From NCBI GenBank assembly GCA_004524445.1, contig SDNP01000018.1, positions 1 through 60,107 of the forward strand: DNA of 60,107 bases, written 5' to 3'. Of this stretch, positions 37,325-45,740 are shown one piece after another. The translations under genes were made by a program, and so were the position numbers. Numbering within the stretch: position 1 is the first letter of the stretch; each line of letters starts with the position of its first letter. The notes under the pieces were generated by a model. That model saw only the letters and a list, made by a program, of their open reading frames with translations. It had not been told where the DNA came from and made no database searches. Origin of the DNA: Candidatus Thorarchaeota archaeon (lineage in GTDB: Archaea; Asgardarchaeota; Thorarchaeia; Thorarchaeales; Thorarchaeaceae).

Positions 37325-38630
37325 CAAGCTACTATCTGATTTGATTCCGAAAAATATGATGAGAAGAGGAAGAATAACGCTAGATGAGCAGATTTCTCCC
37401 CTGAAGGATCTGCTGAATCGTAGAAGATTTCCTGACGCTTCGTTTTCGGACAGCCAAATCGAGTTACTCTTGACGCTCTTGTCTGCAATGGATACCGATA
37501 AGGATGCAGAGGCCGCACGTGTCGGGGAACGCGAGGGGCGCGTGGCATCTCCATTGGTCGCCCGTCTAGCCGGAAATTTTGTCCATGGAATTGGTCGGAG
37601 TGGACATATTACTGCACCCCAACCCAAAGCAGCAGGAGCATCCCTGATGCAAAAACTGACCAATCAGATTGCAATTGATGCTATCCAGCGGCTTGGACTG
37701 CCTAACATAAAATGTGGAGCAGTGCTGCCCCTATCCACCGGGATGACCATTGGGTTGGTAGTATCTGCGCTTAGAAGAGAGCATGGTGTAAAACAAATCC
37801 TGTTTCCGAGAATCGATCACAAGTCCCCCACGCGAGGAATCAGCCTAGCTGGTGTAAAGGAGATTACAGTACCAACAGAACTGCAGGGCGACGCAGTTGT
37901 TCCGGATGTGTCCTTTCTTGAGAGAGAGGCAAAGTCAGAAAACAACTGTGCTGTCCTTTCCACCACGACATTTTTTCCGCCACGGGAATCAGACCCGGTG
38001 AAAGAGATTGCGAAGATATGCTCCGAGAGAAGCGTACCTCATATCATTAACAATGCCTATGGAGTTCAGTCTAGAAAAATTATGAAAAGCATAATGTCGG
38101 CGATTGATGCAGGCAGAGTTGATGCTGTATTGCAGAGCACAGATAAGAACTTCCTAGCGCCTGTAGGAGGCGCCATCGTCGTAACTACCCGTGAAAAATT
38201 CTTGGAAGAAATCGTAAAAACCTATGCGGGGAGGGGGACAGCAGCACCGGTCTTTCAAACCCTAGCGGCACTCTTGGCTCTAGGATTGACGAGATACCAA
38301 AAGCTAAGAGATGAACAACAAGAAAATAGGAAGCTCCTAGAGAAGGAGCTTGGCCAATTAGCGGAATCAATTAGTCAACGCATTCTTGATGTTAAGAATC
38401 CGATAGCTTGTGCTATTACAATGGATGATATGGACGTCAAAGAGATTGGCGGCCGTTTATACAATCGGCGTGTAACTGGACCCAGGGCAGTCAAGTCTGG
38501 AACACCTGGGTCATGCATTGACGATTATCCTCATGATTACCTGGTTATGAACGCTGCAATAGGAGCAACTAAATCGGATATTCAAAAAGCAATAAAGAAA
38601 CTCTATAAGGAACTCAAGTCACATAAGTAG
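37314..38630 (+). CDS. spcS: O-phosphoseryl-tRNA(Sec) selenium transferase (SepSecS)
   Basis: GEREGR, HGIGRSG, QPKAAG, IINNAYG, QSTDKNF (PLP Lys), YAGR; probable TTG start overlapping the selB end. Confidence 0.95.
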   Translation: MEIDKLLSDLIPKNMMRRGRITLDEQISPLKDLLNRRRFPDASFSDSQIELLLTLLSAMDTDKDAEAARVGEREGRVASPLVARLAGNFVHGIGRSGHITAPQPKAAGASLMQKLTNQIAIDAIQRLGLPNIKCGAVLPLSTGMTIGLVVSALRREHGVKQILFPRIDHKSPTRGISLAGVKEITVPTELQGDAVVPDVSFLEREAKSENNCAVLSTTTFFPPRESDPVKEIAKICSERSVPHIINNAYGVQSRKIMKSIMSAIDAGRVDAVLQSTDKNFLAPVGGAIVVTTREKFLEEIVKTYAGRGTAAPVFQTLAALLALGLTRYQKLRDEQQENRKLLEKELGQLAESISQRILDVKNPIACAITMDDMDVKEIGGRLYNRRVTGPRAVKSGTPGSCIDDYPHDYLVMNAAIGATKSDIQKAIKKLYKELKSHK

Positions 38631-38655
38631 AACGCCCAAAGGGAGGGTTCTCTTC

Positions 38656-39306
38656 ATGAAAGAGGACAAATTTGACCACGAAGCAAAAAGGAAACTGACC
38701 TTCGAGAAGCCCGAACCGCCGGTTGCATTCAGGATTGCATGGTATGTTATGGCATCTCAGCCGGGGGTTTATCTCACTGATTATGGGGAGGCAGAGGCTC
38801 AAGACTTCGAAGGTCATGCCTCATTCTCTGCCAAATACAACGAGTCCAAGGTAGTCCTAGAATTAGAAGTCCAAGAGAATGCAAGTAGAATTGAGATGAG
38901 CATTCAAGGCGATAATGAAGTTGACATAAACGCACTTGGAGATGAGCTAATTCAAAGACTGGAAACATCAATCGAGAAATATCTCTCTCTAACATCTGAG
39001 GCGGAATCCAAAGCTCGGAGAGCTTTGGTAGCAAAAACATGTTGGGACAGGCTAGTATACTACATCTTTGAGAAGAAACCCTTGTCGGATGTATATTACA
39101 TGCTAGCACATGGGAGGGAGATGATGATTAAGGCAACCGAGGGAGAAGCTGTGGAGCCATTGACGCTGAGTACCAGTGCATGGCTGTCTAGATTCGATAG
39201 CCTTTCCAGAGAGGAGCCAACGCCTACCGATTTAGCCTCGGGTCTGGCCAAGAAGTCTATTGAATGGAAAAAGGCAACCCATATGGTTATCGAGAAATAT
39301 CTTTAG
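38656..39306 (+). CDS. Hypothetical protein inside the Sec cluster
   Basis: 216-aa ORF with GGAGG upstream; alpha/beta N-terminal half, helical C-terminal half. Confidence 0.8.
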   Translation: MKEDKFDHEAKRKLTFEKPEPPVAFRIAWYVMASQPGVYLTDYGEAEAQDFEGHASFSAKYNESKVVLELEVQENASRIEMSIQGDNEVDINALGDELIQRLETSIEKYLSLTSEAESKARRALVAKTCWDRLVYYIFEKKPLSDVYYMLAHGREMMIKATEGEAVEPLTLSTSAWLSRFDSLSREEPTPTDLASGLAKKSIEWKKATHMVIEKYL

Positions 39307-39355
39307 ATTGGGCATTTCTATAGCCTTAAGTCCAAAATAGGTTGATTTAGCATAG

Positions 39356-39446
39356 GGCTCCCTATAGGGTCGGTGGTCCGGCTCCGTGGGCTTCAAACCC
39401 ATGATCGCGAAAGGGATTAGAGTTCGATTCTCTTGGGGAGCCGCCA
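39356..39446 (+). tRNA. selC: tRNA-Sec (UCA)
   Basis: 9-bp acceptor GGCTCCCTA/TGGGGAGCC, 7-bp D stem with TGGT loop, anticodon loop CTTCAAA, long variable arm, 4-bp T stem AGAG/CTCT, G73 and encoded CCA. Confidence 0.96.
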
Positions 39447-40196
39447 TCATTCTTCTAATAGAGATTCTAGCTCATTGCTTAGAACATCAAGCGCTTCTTT
39501 CATGTTCCAGCCCTCTCTATTGGCCCTTCCCACAACAGCTCTCCGAATATCAGACACTATGGAAACGCTCCGAAGGTCTTTATGCTTGGTAAGAAAATCT
39601 GCTACGAAATCCCTAGTAGCAACATCTATTGGATTAGCGGTCTTTTCATCGGGGGGAGGAAACTTCACTGGCTCAAGAAACGCAAGCCTATTTACAATCT
39701 CTTTTGCTGCGCTTGAAACATTATTTTTCGCCATATCAACTTCGCGTATTGGTTCATCCCACGCATATTTGCTACCAGGCATATCAAAACGAGCATTGAT
39801 TCGTCGAATGACCTTTTGTGGAATTTCGGAGTCCCGTTGTTCATTCCATCTGAGTGAGTCAGATATGTCAGTGCTTACGTAAACGACAGCAAAGGCACAA
39901 TGAAACTCCTGAGCGAGTTCAAACAATTCATGTCGCATGCTATTGTAATAATTTGTGTCATCATGAATAACCGAGAATTCCAGTTTGAGTTGCTCACATG
40001 TTTTTTGTAGAGCTTTCTCTCGTACTTGCTTCTCTTTCTGCGGCTCAAAATTTGCATAGTATGCCTGATTTCTCCAATCATCAGTACTGATAATGACCAC
40101 CTTTGATTCCTTTGGAGTAGCGTCAGCTATTGCATGTGCTAACGTTGTCTTGCCGGAAGCTGGGAGCCCACATAGGGCAAGGAGAAATTGCTGCAT
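39447..40196 (-). CDS. pstK: O-phosphoseryl-tRNA(Sec) kinase (PSTK)
   Basis: GLPASGKTT, DDTNYYNSMR, RWNEQR, KYAWDEP; abuts tRNA-Sec. Confidence 0.92.
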   Translation of the reverse strand: MQQFLLALCGLPASGKTTLAHAIADATPKESKVVIISTDDWRNQAYYANFEPQKEKQVREKALQKTCEQLKLEFSVIHDDTNYYNSMRHELFELAQEFHCAFAVVYVSTDISDSLRWNEQRDSEIPQKVIRRINARFDMPGSKYAWDEPIREVDMAKNNVSSAAKEIVNRLAFLEPVKFPPPDEKTANPIDVATRDFVADFLTKHKDLRSVSIVSDIRRAVVGRANREGWNMKEALDVLSNELESLLEE

Positions 40197-40262
40197 TAAC
40201 TATCAGCCCAAGTTGGCAAAAAAGGAAATGAATGTAGCGGCTATATCACCGCTACAGTTCTA

Positions 40263-41198
40263 TCATGGCTCCATTGTAATGTTCAGGGAGTTCACAAGCT
40301 CCTTGTATCGGTTTCTAACCGTTACTTCAGTCACATTAGATGCCTTTGCTATCTCTCTTTGCGTTCTGCGGTCGTTCTCCAAAATGCCCGCAATATAAAG
40401 AGATGCTGCTGCAAGACCACCAGGATCCTTTCCAGCTGTTAGTCCTTCAGCCCTGGCTTCTTCGATTATTGATGTAGCTCTTTGTACTGCACGGCCGGTC
40501 ATATTTAAATCGCCAGAAATCCGCGGCATTAAATCGTTAGGAGATGGCAATGGAACTTTGACATTCACATATCGCAATATCTGTCGTACAGAATGAGCCA
40601 GTTCCTTTCTCTTGATTCTAGTTTCTGTTGTCATCTCGTCTAACTGACGTGGAATTCTATGGATTCTGCATGAGAGGTATAATGAGGCTGCAATCATTCC
40701 TTCAATACTGCGACCTCGGACAAGGCGTTTGTCCAGAGCCTTTCGGTAGATTAGTGCCGCCGTTTCCTTGCAGTCCCGTGGTACACCAAGCTGTGAACCA
40801 AGACGCTCCAGTTCGTTCATAGCAATTGATAGATTCCTATGCTTTGATCCATGAGCCATACTGCGGATTTGCCATTTCCTCATTCGGTAAATGGCCGCTC
40901 GGCGACTTCCTTTGATGGAACGACCGTTCGCATCACGATTGCCCCAGCTAATTGTCGTTGCCAGACCCTTGTCGGCTATCATCAATGTAGCCGGAGCGCC
41001 AGTTCGTGCACGAGCGTTTCGTTCTTCAGCGGTGAAGGCTCGCCATTCCGGACCGGTGTCCATTTCATGGTCACTAGCAACGCAACCACAGGAAGTACAA
41101 ACCCGTTCACCTCTCTTAGAATCCTCGATAAAATCAGTCCCGCCACACAATGAGCACACATGTCGGTTTTTCGCTTGATTTTCTGTCTTCTTTGCCAT
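40263..41198 (-). CDS. tfb: TFB paralog 2
   Basis: Zn ribbon, GPEWRAF, DKGLAT, RMRKWQ, VRGRS, VTEVTVRNRYKE. Confidence 0.95.
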   Translation of the reverse strand: MAKKTENQAKNRHVCSLCGGTDFIEDSKRGERVCTSCGCVASDHEMDTGPEWRAFTAEERNARARTGAPATLMIADKGLATTISWGNRDANGRSIKGSRRAAIYRMRKWQIRSMAHGSKHRNLSIAMNELERLGSQLGVPRDCKETAALIYRKALDKRLVRGRSIEGMIAASLYLSCRIHRIPRQLDEMTTETRIKRKELAHSVRQILRYVNVKVPLPSPNDLMPRISGDLNMTGRAVQRATSIIEEARAEGLTAGKDPGGLAAASLYIAGILENDRRTQREIAKASNVTEVTVRNRYKELVNSLNITMEP

Positions 41199-41267
41199 TA
41201 TTGAATACAAGCTCCATCTTGCTCTCAGTGATTTGGGCGTGCTGCTACTGCATTATGAGTAGAGGGG

Positions 41268-41316
41268 AAAGTCAGCATGAGAGCGAGTTTTTTCAACTCA
41301 TCACAACTCTGACTTT
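41268..41316. promoter_or_regulatory. Interrupted inverted repeat just downstream of the TATA-like box of TFB paralog 2
   Basis: AAAGTCAG...GAGTT TTTTC AACTC...CTGACTTT; minus-strand TTTATAAG at about 41326-41333. Confidence 0.4.
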
Positions 41317-41488
41317 GAGCGAGTGCTTATAAACATCCGGAAGCTGGACACCGCCTTTTAGCCGATCACACCGAGGGGGCATAGTAATGGGGTTACAAAT
41401 CGAAATAAGATTGGGAGAATATGGCAACAATTTGAAACCCAACGCTCTGGTAAAGTGACGTATGGAATTGCTTCGAGAGTTGGTAGAA

Positions 41489-42433
41489 TTATGGTCGGAT
41501 TGTAATTTTCAGATTGGTAGCAAGATCTTTGTATCGATTTCTGACTGTGACTTCTGTTACATTCGAAGCTTCAGCTATCTCTCTCTGAGTTCGCCTATCA
41601 CCAGTGATGATTCCTGCGATATACAGAGCAGCGGCCGCCAAACCACCAGGATCCTTGCCAGCTGTGATCCCCTTCTCACGTGCATCATTGATTATCTTCA
41701 TTGCAGTTTGAACAGTAGTACCTTCTAATTTCAAGTCAGCAGATATGCGCGGCATAAGATCATTTGCTGAGGGGATAGGAACTTTCACTTTGACATATCT
41801 CAAAACAAGCCGAACACATTGCCCCAATTCTTTCCGATTCACTCTCGCTTCTTCAACTATCTCATCCAATTGTCGAGGAATTCTGTGGATTCTGCATGAG
41901 AGGTACACAGAGGAGGCAATCATGCCTTCAATGCTTCGTCCTCGCACAAGACGCTTGTTCAGAGCTCTTCGATAAATCAGGGCAGCAGTCTCCTTGGCTT
42001 CTTGAGGAACACCAAGCTGTGAGGTCAACCGATCCAGTTCGTTCATAGCGATGGAAAGATTACGATGCTGCGAGCTATGAGCCAATGTACGGATCTGCCA
42101 TTTTCTCATGCGATAAAGGGCAGCTCGTTTACTACCAGAAATAGCTCTTCCGTTTGCATCTCTATCACTCCAACTAATAGTCGTGGACAGCCCTTTGTCT
42201 GCCATTGTTAGTGTCATGGGAGCACCAGTTCTGGCACGGGAATTTCGCTCTTCTGCTGTAAATGCTCGCCATTCCGGACCAGAATCAACATGCCGCTCGG
42301 TAAGGACACATCCGCAAGATGTGCATATCCGTTCCCCGCGAGCTTCATCCTCATAGAATTCATCTTTTCCGCAGATGGAGCAAACAACATTGCTCTCCTG
42401 TTTATCACCAGTTGTACGAATGGGTTTGGCCAT
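41489..42433 (-). CDS. tfb: TFB paralog 3 (tandem duplicate of paralog 2)
   Basis: Same motifs; long near-identical stretches shared with 40263..41198. Confidence 0.95.
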   Translation of the reverse strand: MAKPIRTTGDKQESNVVCSICGKDEFYEDEARGERICTSCGCVLTERHVDSGPEWRAFTAEERNSRARTGAPMTLTMADKGLSTTISWSDRDANGRAISGSKRAALYRMRKWQIRTLAHSSQHRNLSIAMNELDRLTSQLGVPQEAKETAALIYRRALNKRLVRGRSIEGMIASSVYLSCRIHRIPRQLDEIVEEARVNRKELGQCVRLVLRYVKVKVPIPSANDLMPRISADLKLEGTTVQTAMKIINDAREKGITAGKDPGGLAAAALYIAGIITGDRRTQREIAEASNVTEVTVRNRYKDLATNLKITIRP

Positions 42434-42893
42434 GTTTCTACACCTGCATCATGCAGCGGTCCCGTTCTCGATGAATTGAAGGCTATAAACGGCGTAGATA
42501 CGGAACTAGTAACGATTCGTGTTCTTTCGCCGAGTTTTCTCCGCATATAAGTGTACGCCTGAGTCTATGTTGAATTCCCTCAAAAGAATTGCAACTCCAA
42601 AGAAGGAGGTTTCAGACAACATTAGGCGTAGCTTGTGAGATACAGCATAAAAAGTCCAGTCCAAGAGGTTAGAAAAACAAAAGGGTTCAGGACAGTTCTA
42701 GGGAACTTGGACAAAGTTCGACATTCAGTACATAGTTGATAGAAGAGTAATACGTCTGAATTGTGGTGTCAAAATACTCTGGCCATCCATAATCTTCCGA
42801 GGTCATCTCAAGATCTTCAAGTAGTCCAACCCAGTGCCGTTTTTGGGAAACAATACTCCTCTATCCAAGATTGTCCAACTTACAATAAATGGT

Positions 42894-42999
42894 AGGCAGG
42901 CGCTCACCAGCGAAAGGAAGTCCAGCTGTGTAGGGGCAGCTGGCACAGGGAGATGAATTTGAACGCCCACCTCTAATTTGCATATCCCCTACATGATAT
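42894..42999 (-). ncRNA. Putative structured RNA element with loop-loop pairing
   Basis: 13-bp outer stem whose 3 mismatches are all G-U on the minus strand, 7-bp inner hairpin, loop CCCCUACA complementary to upstream UGUAGGGG. Confidence 0.5.
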
Positions 43000-43002
43000 C
43001 GA

Positions 43003-43569
43003 TTAGTCTAGGCAGTTGATGTTTTTGACCACGTCTTCAGGAATGATACGGATGTTCTCATAGTATGCATTACCATTGTCCAGTTCCGTTTTTGACATGG
43101 CAATCTTGATCATCCCGTTGCTCTTACCCAGAAGATAGCCTGAAAGGAATTGTAAAGGAACCTCCATTTCATCAGCTTCTTCTTTGGTCATGGCACAGCA
43201 TTCAACCCCTGGACTCTCAAAAGTTACTTCCACAATGTCATGGTCATCGCAGAACTCCTCCCGCGTGAGCTGTTTTGTTTCCTTGAGATTCGTTTTTCCT
43301 GCGAGCCGATGCACCCTTGATCCATCATAATGGAATGGGTCATCTCTAAGTTTATGAACGCTGGGAACAAGATAGAGCGATTTCTCATTGTAGCTTTCAA
43401 CCTTGTCACCACTATCTAGAAATTTCTTCTCACTACTCTCTCCAACCATGTATCTAACGTGGTAGACTTTTGCATCCATCTTCTTTTCTTCATCGTCTTC
43501 ACGTACTGTTACTCTGGTATCATGCCAGAAAACTAAGGGCGCGAATGGATTGTTCGGTATGCTAGACAT
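43003..43569 (-). CDS. Hypothetical protein, possible tandem small beta-barrel (Sm/SH3-like)
   Basis: IVEVTF...SGYLL....MIKIA...IIPEDVVKNI pattern, with a weaker N-terminal copy (LVFWHD...YLVP). Confidence 0.65.
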   Translation of the reverse strand: MSSIPNNPFAPLVFWHDTRVTVREDDEEKKMDAKVYHVRYMVGESSEKKFLDSGDKVESYNEKSLYLVPSVHKLRDDPFHYDGSRVHRLAGKTNLKETKQLTREEFCDDHDIVEVTFESPGVECCAMTKEEADEMEVPLQFLSGYLLGKSNGMIKIAMSKTELDNGNAYYENIRIIPEDVVKNINCLD

Positions 43570-43588
43570 TATAACTCACCGTTAATTA

Positions 43589-43623
43589 TTGTTAACTAAT
43601 TTTATTCACCATAGTTAACTAAT
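43589..43623. promoter_or_regulatory. Two GTTAACTAAT boxes in a divergent promoter (candidate operator)
   Basis: GTTAACTAAT at 43591 and 43614; perfect palindrome TAGTTAACTA at 43612-43621. Confidence 0.5.
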
Positions 43624-43710
43624 AAGCGTTTGGCTTGCATCAATAAATCTCATGAATTGTTGATGGCGATGAACTTAACTAAAATGAGAGCGAACAAAGA
43701 GGAGAGGATA

Positions 43711-44289
43711 ATGATTGAATATCTAATGATAGTATTGGGAGTCACAATATTCGGAATGCAGCACAGTGGACTCTCCGCACTTAGGGTGAAGAATAGAATC
43801 ATCGAACGCTGGGGAAAGAATGGATATGGAAACATCTTCAAAGCAACGAGTGTTATAGCATTAGTAATCTCCTTCTTGCTTCTAGATTTTTGGAATTGGG
43901 CCTATTTCTTAACCAATCCTTCGCTAATCCAACCAATTTGGCTGGTGATTGGTAGTGCGTTCATGATTGTAGGATTAGTACTTGCAATGAAGGCCTCCCA
44001 GGTAATATCCGTTAGTACAGTTGCAGATATGCGTTCGGATAGAAAGGCAGAGCTGGTGACAACCGGTCTTTATGGGAAAATCCGACACCCGCTCTATCTA
44101 GCAACCATATTGCTACTGCTGGCATTACCCATGATTTATCCGTTCATCAAAATCCTTGTCTATGCATTATCATTGATAGGATACACCATAATTGGAGCAT
44201 ATCTTGAAGAGAGAAAACTCATAGACTACTATGGACAGCAGTACATAGATTATAAGCAGAAGGCCGGGTTCTTTATTCCTAGATTTTAG
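43711..44289 (+). CDS. ICMT/PEMT family membrane methyltransferase (MddA/NnrU-like N-terminus)
   Basis: FGMQHS, LVTTGLYGKIRHPLY, EERKL..YGQQY..Y. Confidence 0.88.
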   Translation: MIEYLMIVLGVTIFGMQHSGLSALRVKNRIIERWGKNGYGNIFKATSVIALVISFLLLDFWNWAYFLTNPSLIQPIWLVIGSAFMIVGLVLAMKASQVISVSTVADMRSDRKAELVTTGLYGKIRHPLYLATILLLLALPMIYPFIKILVYALSLIGYTIIGAYLEERKLIDYYGQQYIDYKQKAGFFIPRF

Positions 44290-44738
44290 CCCATTAGCAT
44301 TTTCTCTATCTTGGACAGGTGCCTCGATTTCTTCACAGCCTTCGCAGACACTTCCAAGACCTCTCCCTTCTCGATGACGAAGTGCTCAATAGCTATTTCG
44401 GGTGTAAAATGCCGCTTAATGTCCTCAACTACATAATGGAGCTGCACGCAGTGTGGACTCCCATCAACAGTTAGGACAGTAATCTTCTTCACATTCGAAT
44501 ATCTGACAATTGAACCAATCTTGAATCCAGCTTGATTCACATGGGTTTCTTCAAGACAAACTTGAAGAGCATACTGACCCCCATGCTTTAGTGAGAATTC
44601 GTCAACAAGTTCTTTGTATCTGCTCATCACGCAGCTTCCAACTAAAAGCAGATTACCCTTCTCTCGAATCCTATTATCGCCCACATTAATCCTCATGAGG
44701 TGTTCGATTCTCGTTTGCGTGTTCTGCATGACTACCAT
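44286..44738 (-). CDS. Putative Fe-S cluster-associated protein
   Basis: LLLVGSC, VCLEE, LTVDGSPHC three-Cys pattern. Confidence 0.6.
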   Translation of the reverse strand: MVVMQNTQTRIEHLMRINVGDNRIREKGNLLLVGSCVMSRYKELVDEFSLKHGGQYALQVCLEETHVNQAGFKIGSIVRYSNVKKITVLTVDGSPHCVQLHYVVEDIKRHFTPEIAIEHFVIEKGEVLEVSAKAVKKSRHLSKIEKMLMG

Positions 44739-45664
44739 TTCCTTCTGGGTGCCGTATCCTGTTTCTCTTCAATCGCATCATGATCAATTAACGGAGATGC
44801 AACCTTTGCGATTCTATCACCTTCAAAGACATAACTCATTCCGCTAATGGTGATTACAGTGCCAGAAAAAGGAGACCTGATTTCGGTGCTATCTTGTACC
44901 TTGCCAAGCAAGTCGCCAGATTCAATCTGTTCACCCGAGTTCACAGTAGGAACGAAGAATCCCTCTGCATCAACATACGCCTGCTGAAGCATTCCAGTGT
45001 AGATGCTGGAGCTCTCAATTGATCCGCCAGGAATGATATTTTTTACACGCAGGAAGTTAAGGATTGATTCTCTCACTTCAACTGCTACTTGAGGGTCTAT
45101 TTGATTGGGAGATCCACGCATCTTAATTGTTGACACGGGGATTCCTTCATGAGCTGCTTCGACATGCAATGCGCCCCGAGTGTCAGATGATTGTACGGCA
45201 TATGGTAATCCTAGCTGGGATACTAAGTTCCTAACGTGGATGTATTCCCGATGAAGAGCCAAGGCATGCGTCACGCAAGGCTGCACAGAGAAGTCCAGAT
45301 TCACTACGTAGTCAGACTGGGACGCACGCCGCCATATCTCCCAGCTCGCTCGTTCGGTCGCCGTTCCTCGCTCGTTTCCCGGAAATACACCATCTAAAGA
45401 CTGAGAATCTAGAGGAGATACCCGTGTACCTAATCGAAATGCCAAGGGATTGGCAACAGGAAGTATGGCAATGGTACCATTTATCCGACCCAGCCCTTCT
45501 AGACTTCGCATAATCAGATAACTAGTATACATGGAAACAGCAGACCTTCCATCGAATGTCGCAGTAATCAGAACGCGTGGCCTTTCAACTCCGAATGTAT
45601 AGAAACCGAGAGTTGAGCCAGTTTTGGGATCTATATCTACTGCATCGACACTTGGTTTGACCAT
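44732..45664 (-). CDS. AstE/aspartoacylase (M14) family protein, probably inactive
   Basis: LPVANPLAF, R.SP.D, FPG..RGT.TER and C-terminal barrel-sandwich IRSPFSG; Zn ligands missing. Confidence 0.82.
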   Translation of the reverse strand: MVKPSVDAVDIDPKTGSTLGFYTFGVERPRVLITATFDGRSAVSMYTSYLIMRSLEGLGRINGTIAILPVANPLAFRLGTRVSPLDSQSLDGVFPGNERGTATERASWEIWRRASQSDYVVNLDFSVQPCVTHALALHREYIHVRNLVSQLGLPYAVQSSDTRGALHVEAAHEGIPVSTIKMRGSPNQIDPQVAVEVRESILNFLRVKNIIPGGSIESSSIYTGMLQQAYVDAEGFFVPTVNSGEQIESGDLLGKVQDSTEIRSPFSGTVITISGMSYVFEGDRIAKVASPLIDHDAIEEKQDTAPRRKW

Positions 45665-45740
45665 TCGATAGACCTTCTCTATACTTTGAATAAAAACGTA
45701 CTAGAGGAAATATGAATAGGTGTAACACAAGGAAAATGAA

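Noticed and set aside
37322-37339. TGA stops of selB and pstK as recoding sites
   Set aside because: TGA is a common stop in this window and both proteins are full length; in selB another stop follows within 5 codons
39232-39592. Short ORFs overlapping tRNA-Sec
   Set aside because: Explained by the tRNA and pstK
41268-41316. SECIS interpretation of the hairpin (ATGA plus A-rich loop on the minus strand)
   Set aside because: The upper helix is far too short, there is no 3' GA partner, and it lies 5' of a gene with no in-frame UGA
42689-42862. Stop-free minus-strand stretch of about 57 codons (…WVGLLEDLEMTSEDYGWPEYF…)
   Set aside because: No convincing start or recognisable family; it may be a gene remnant but cannot be supported
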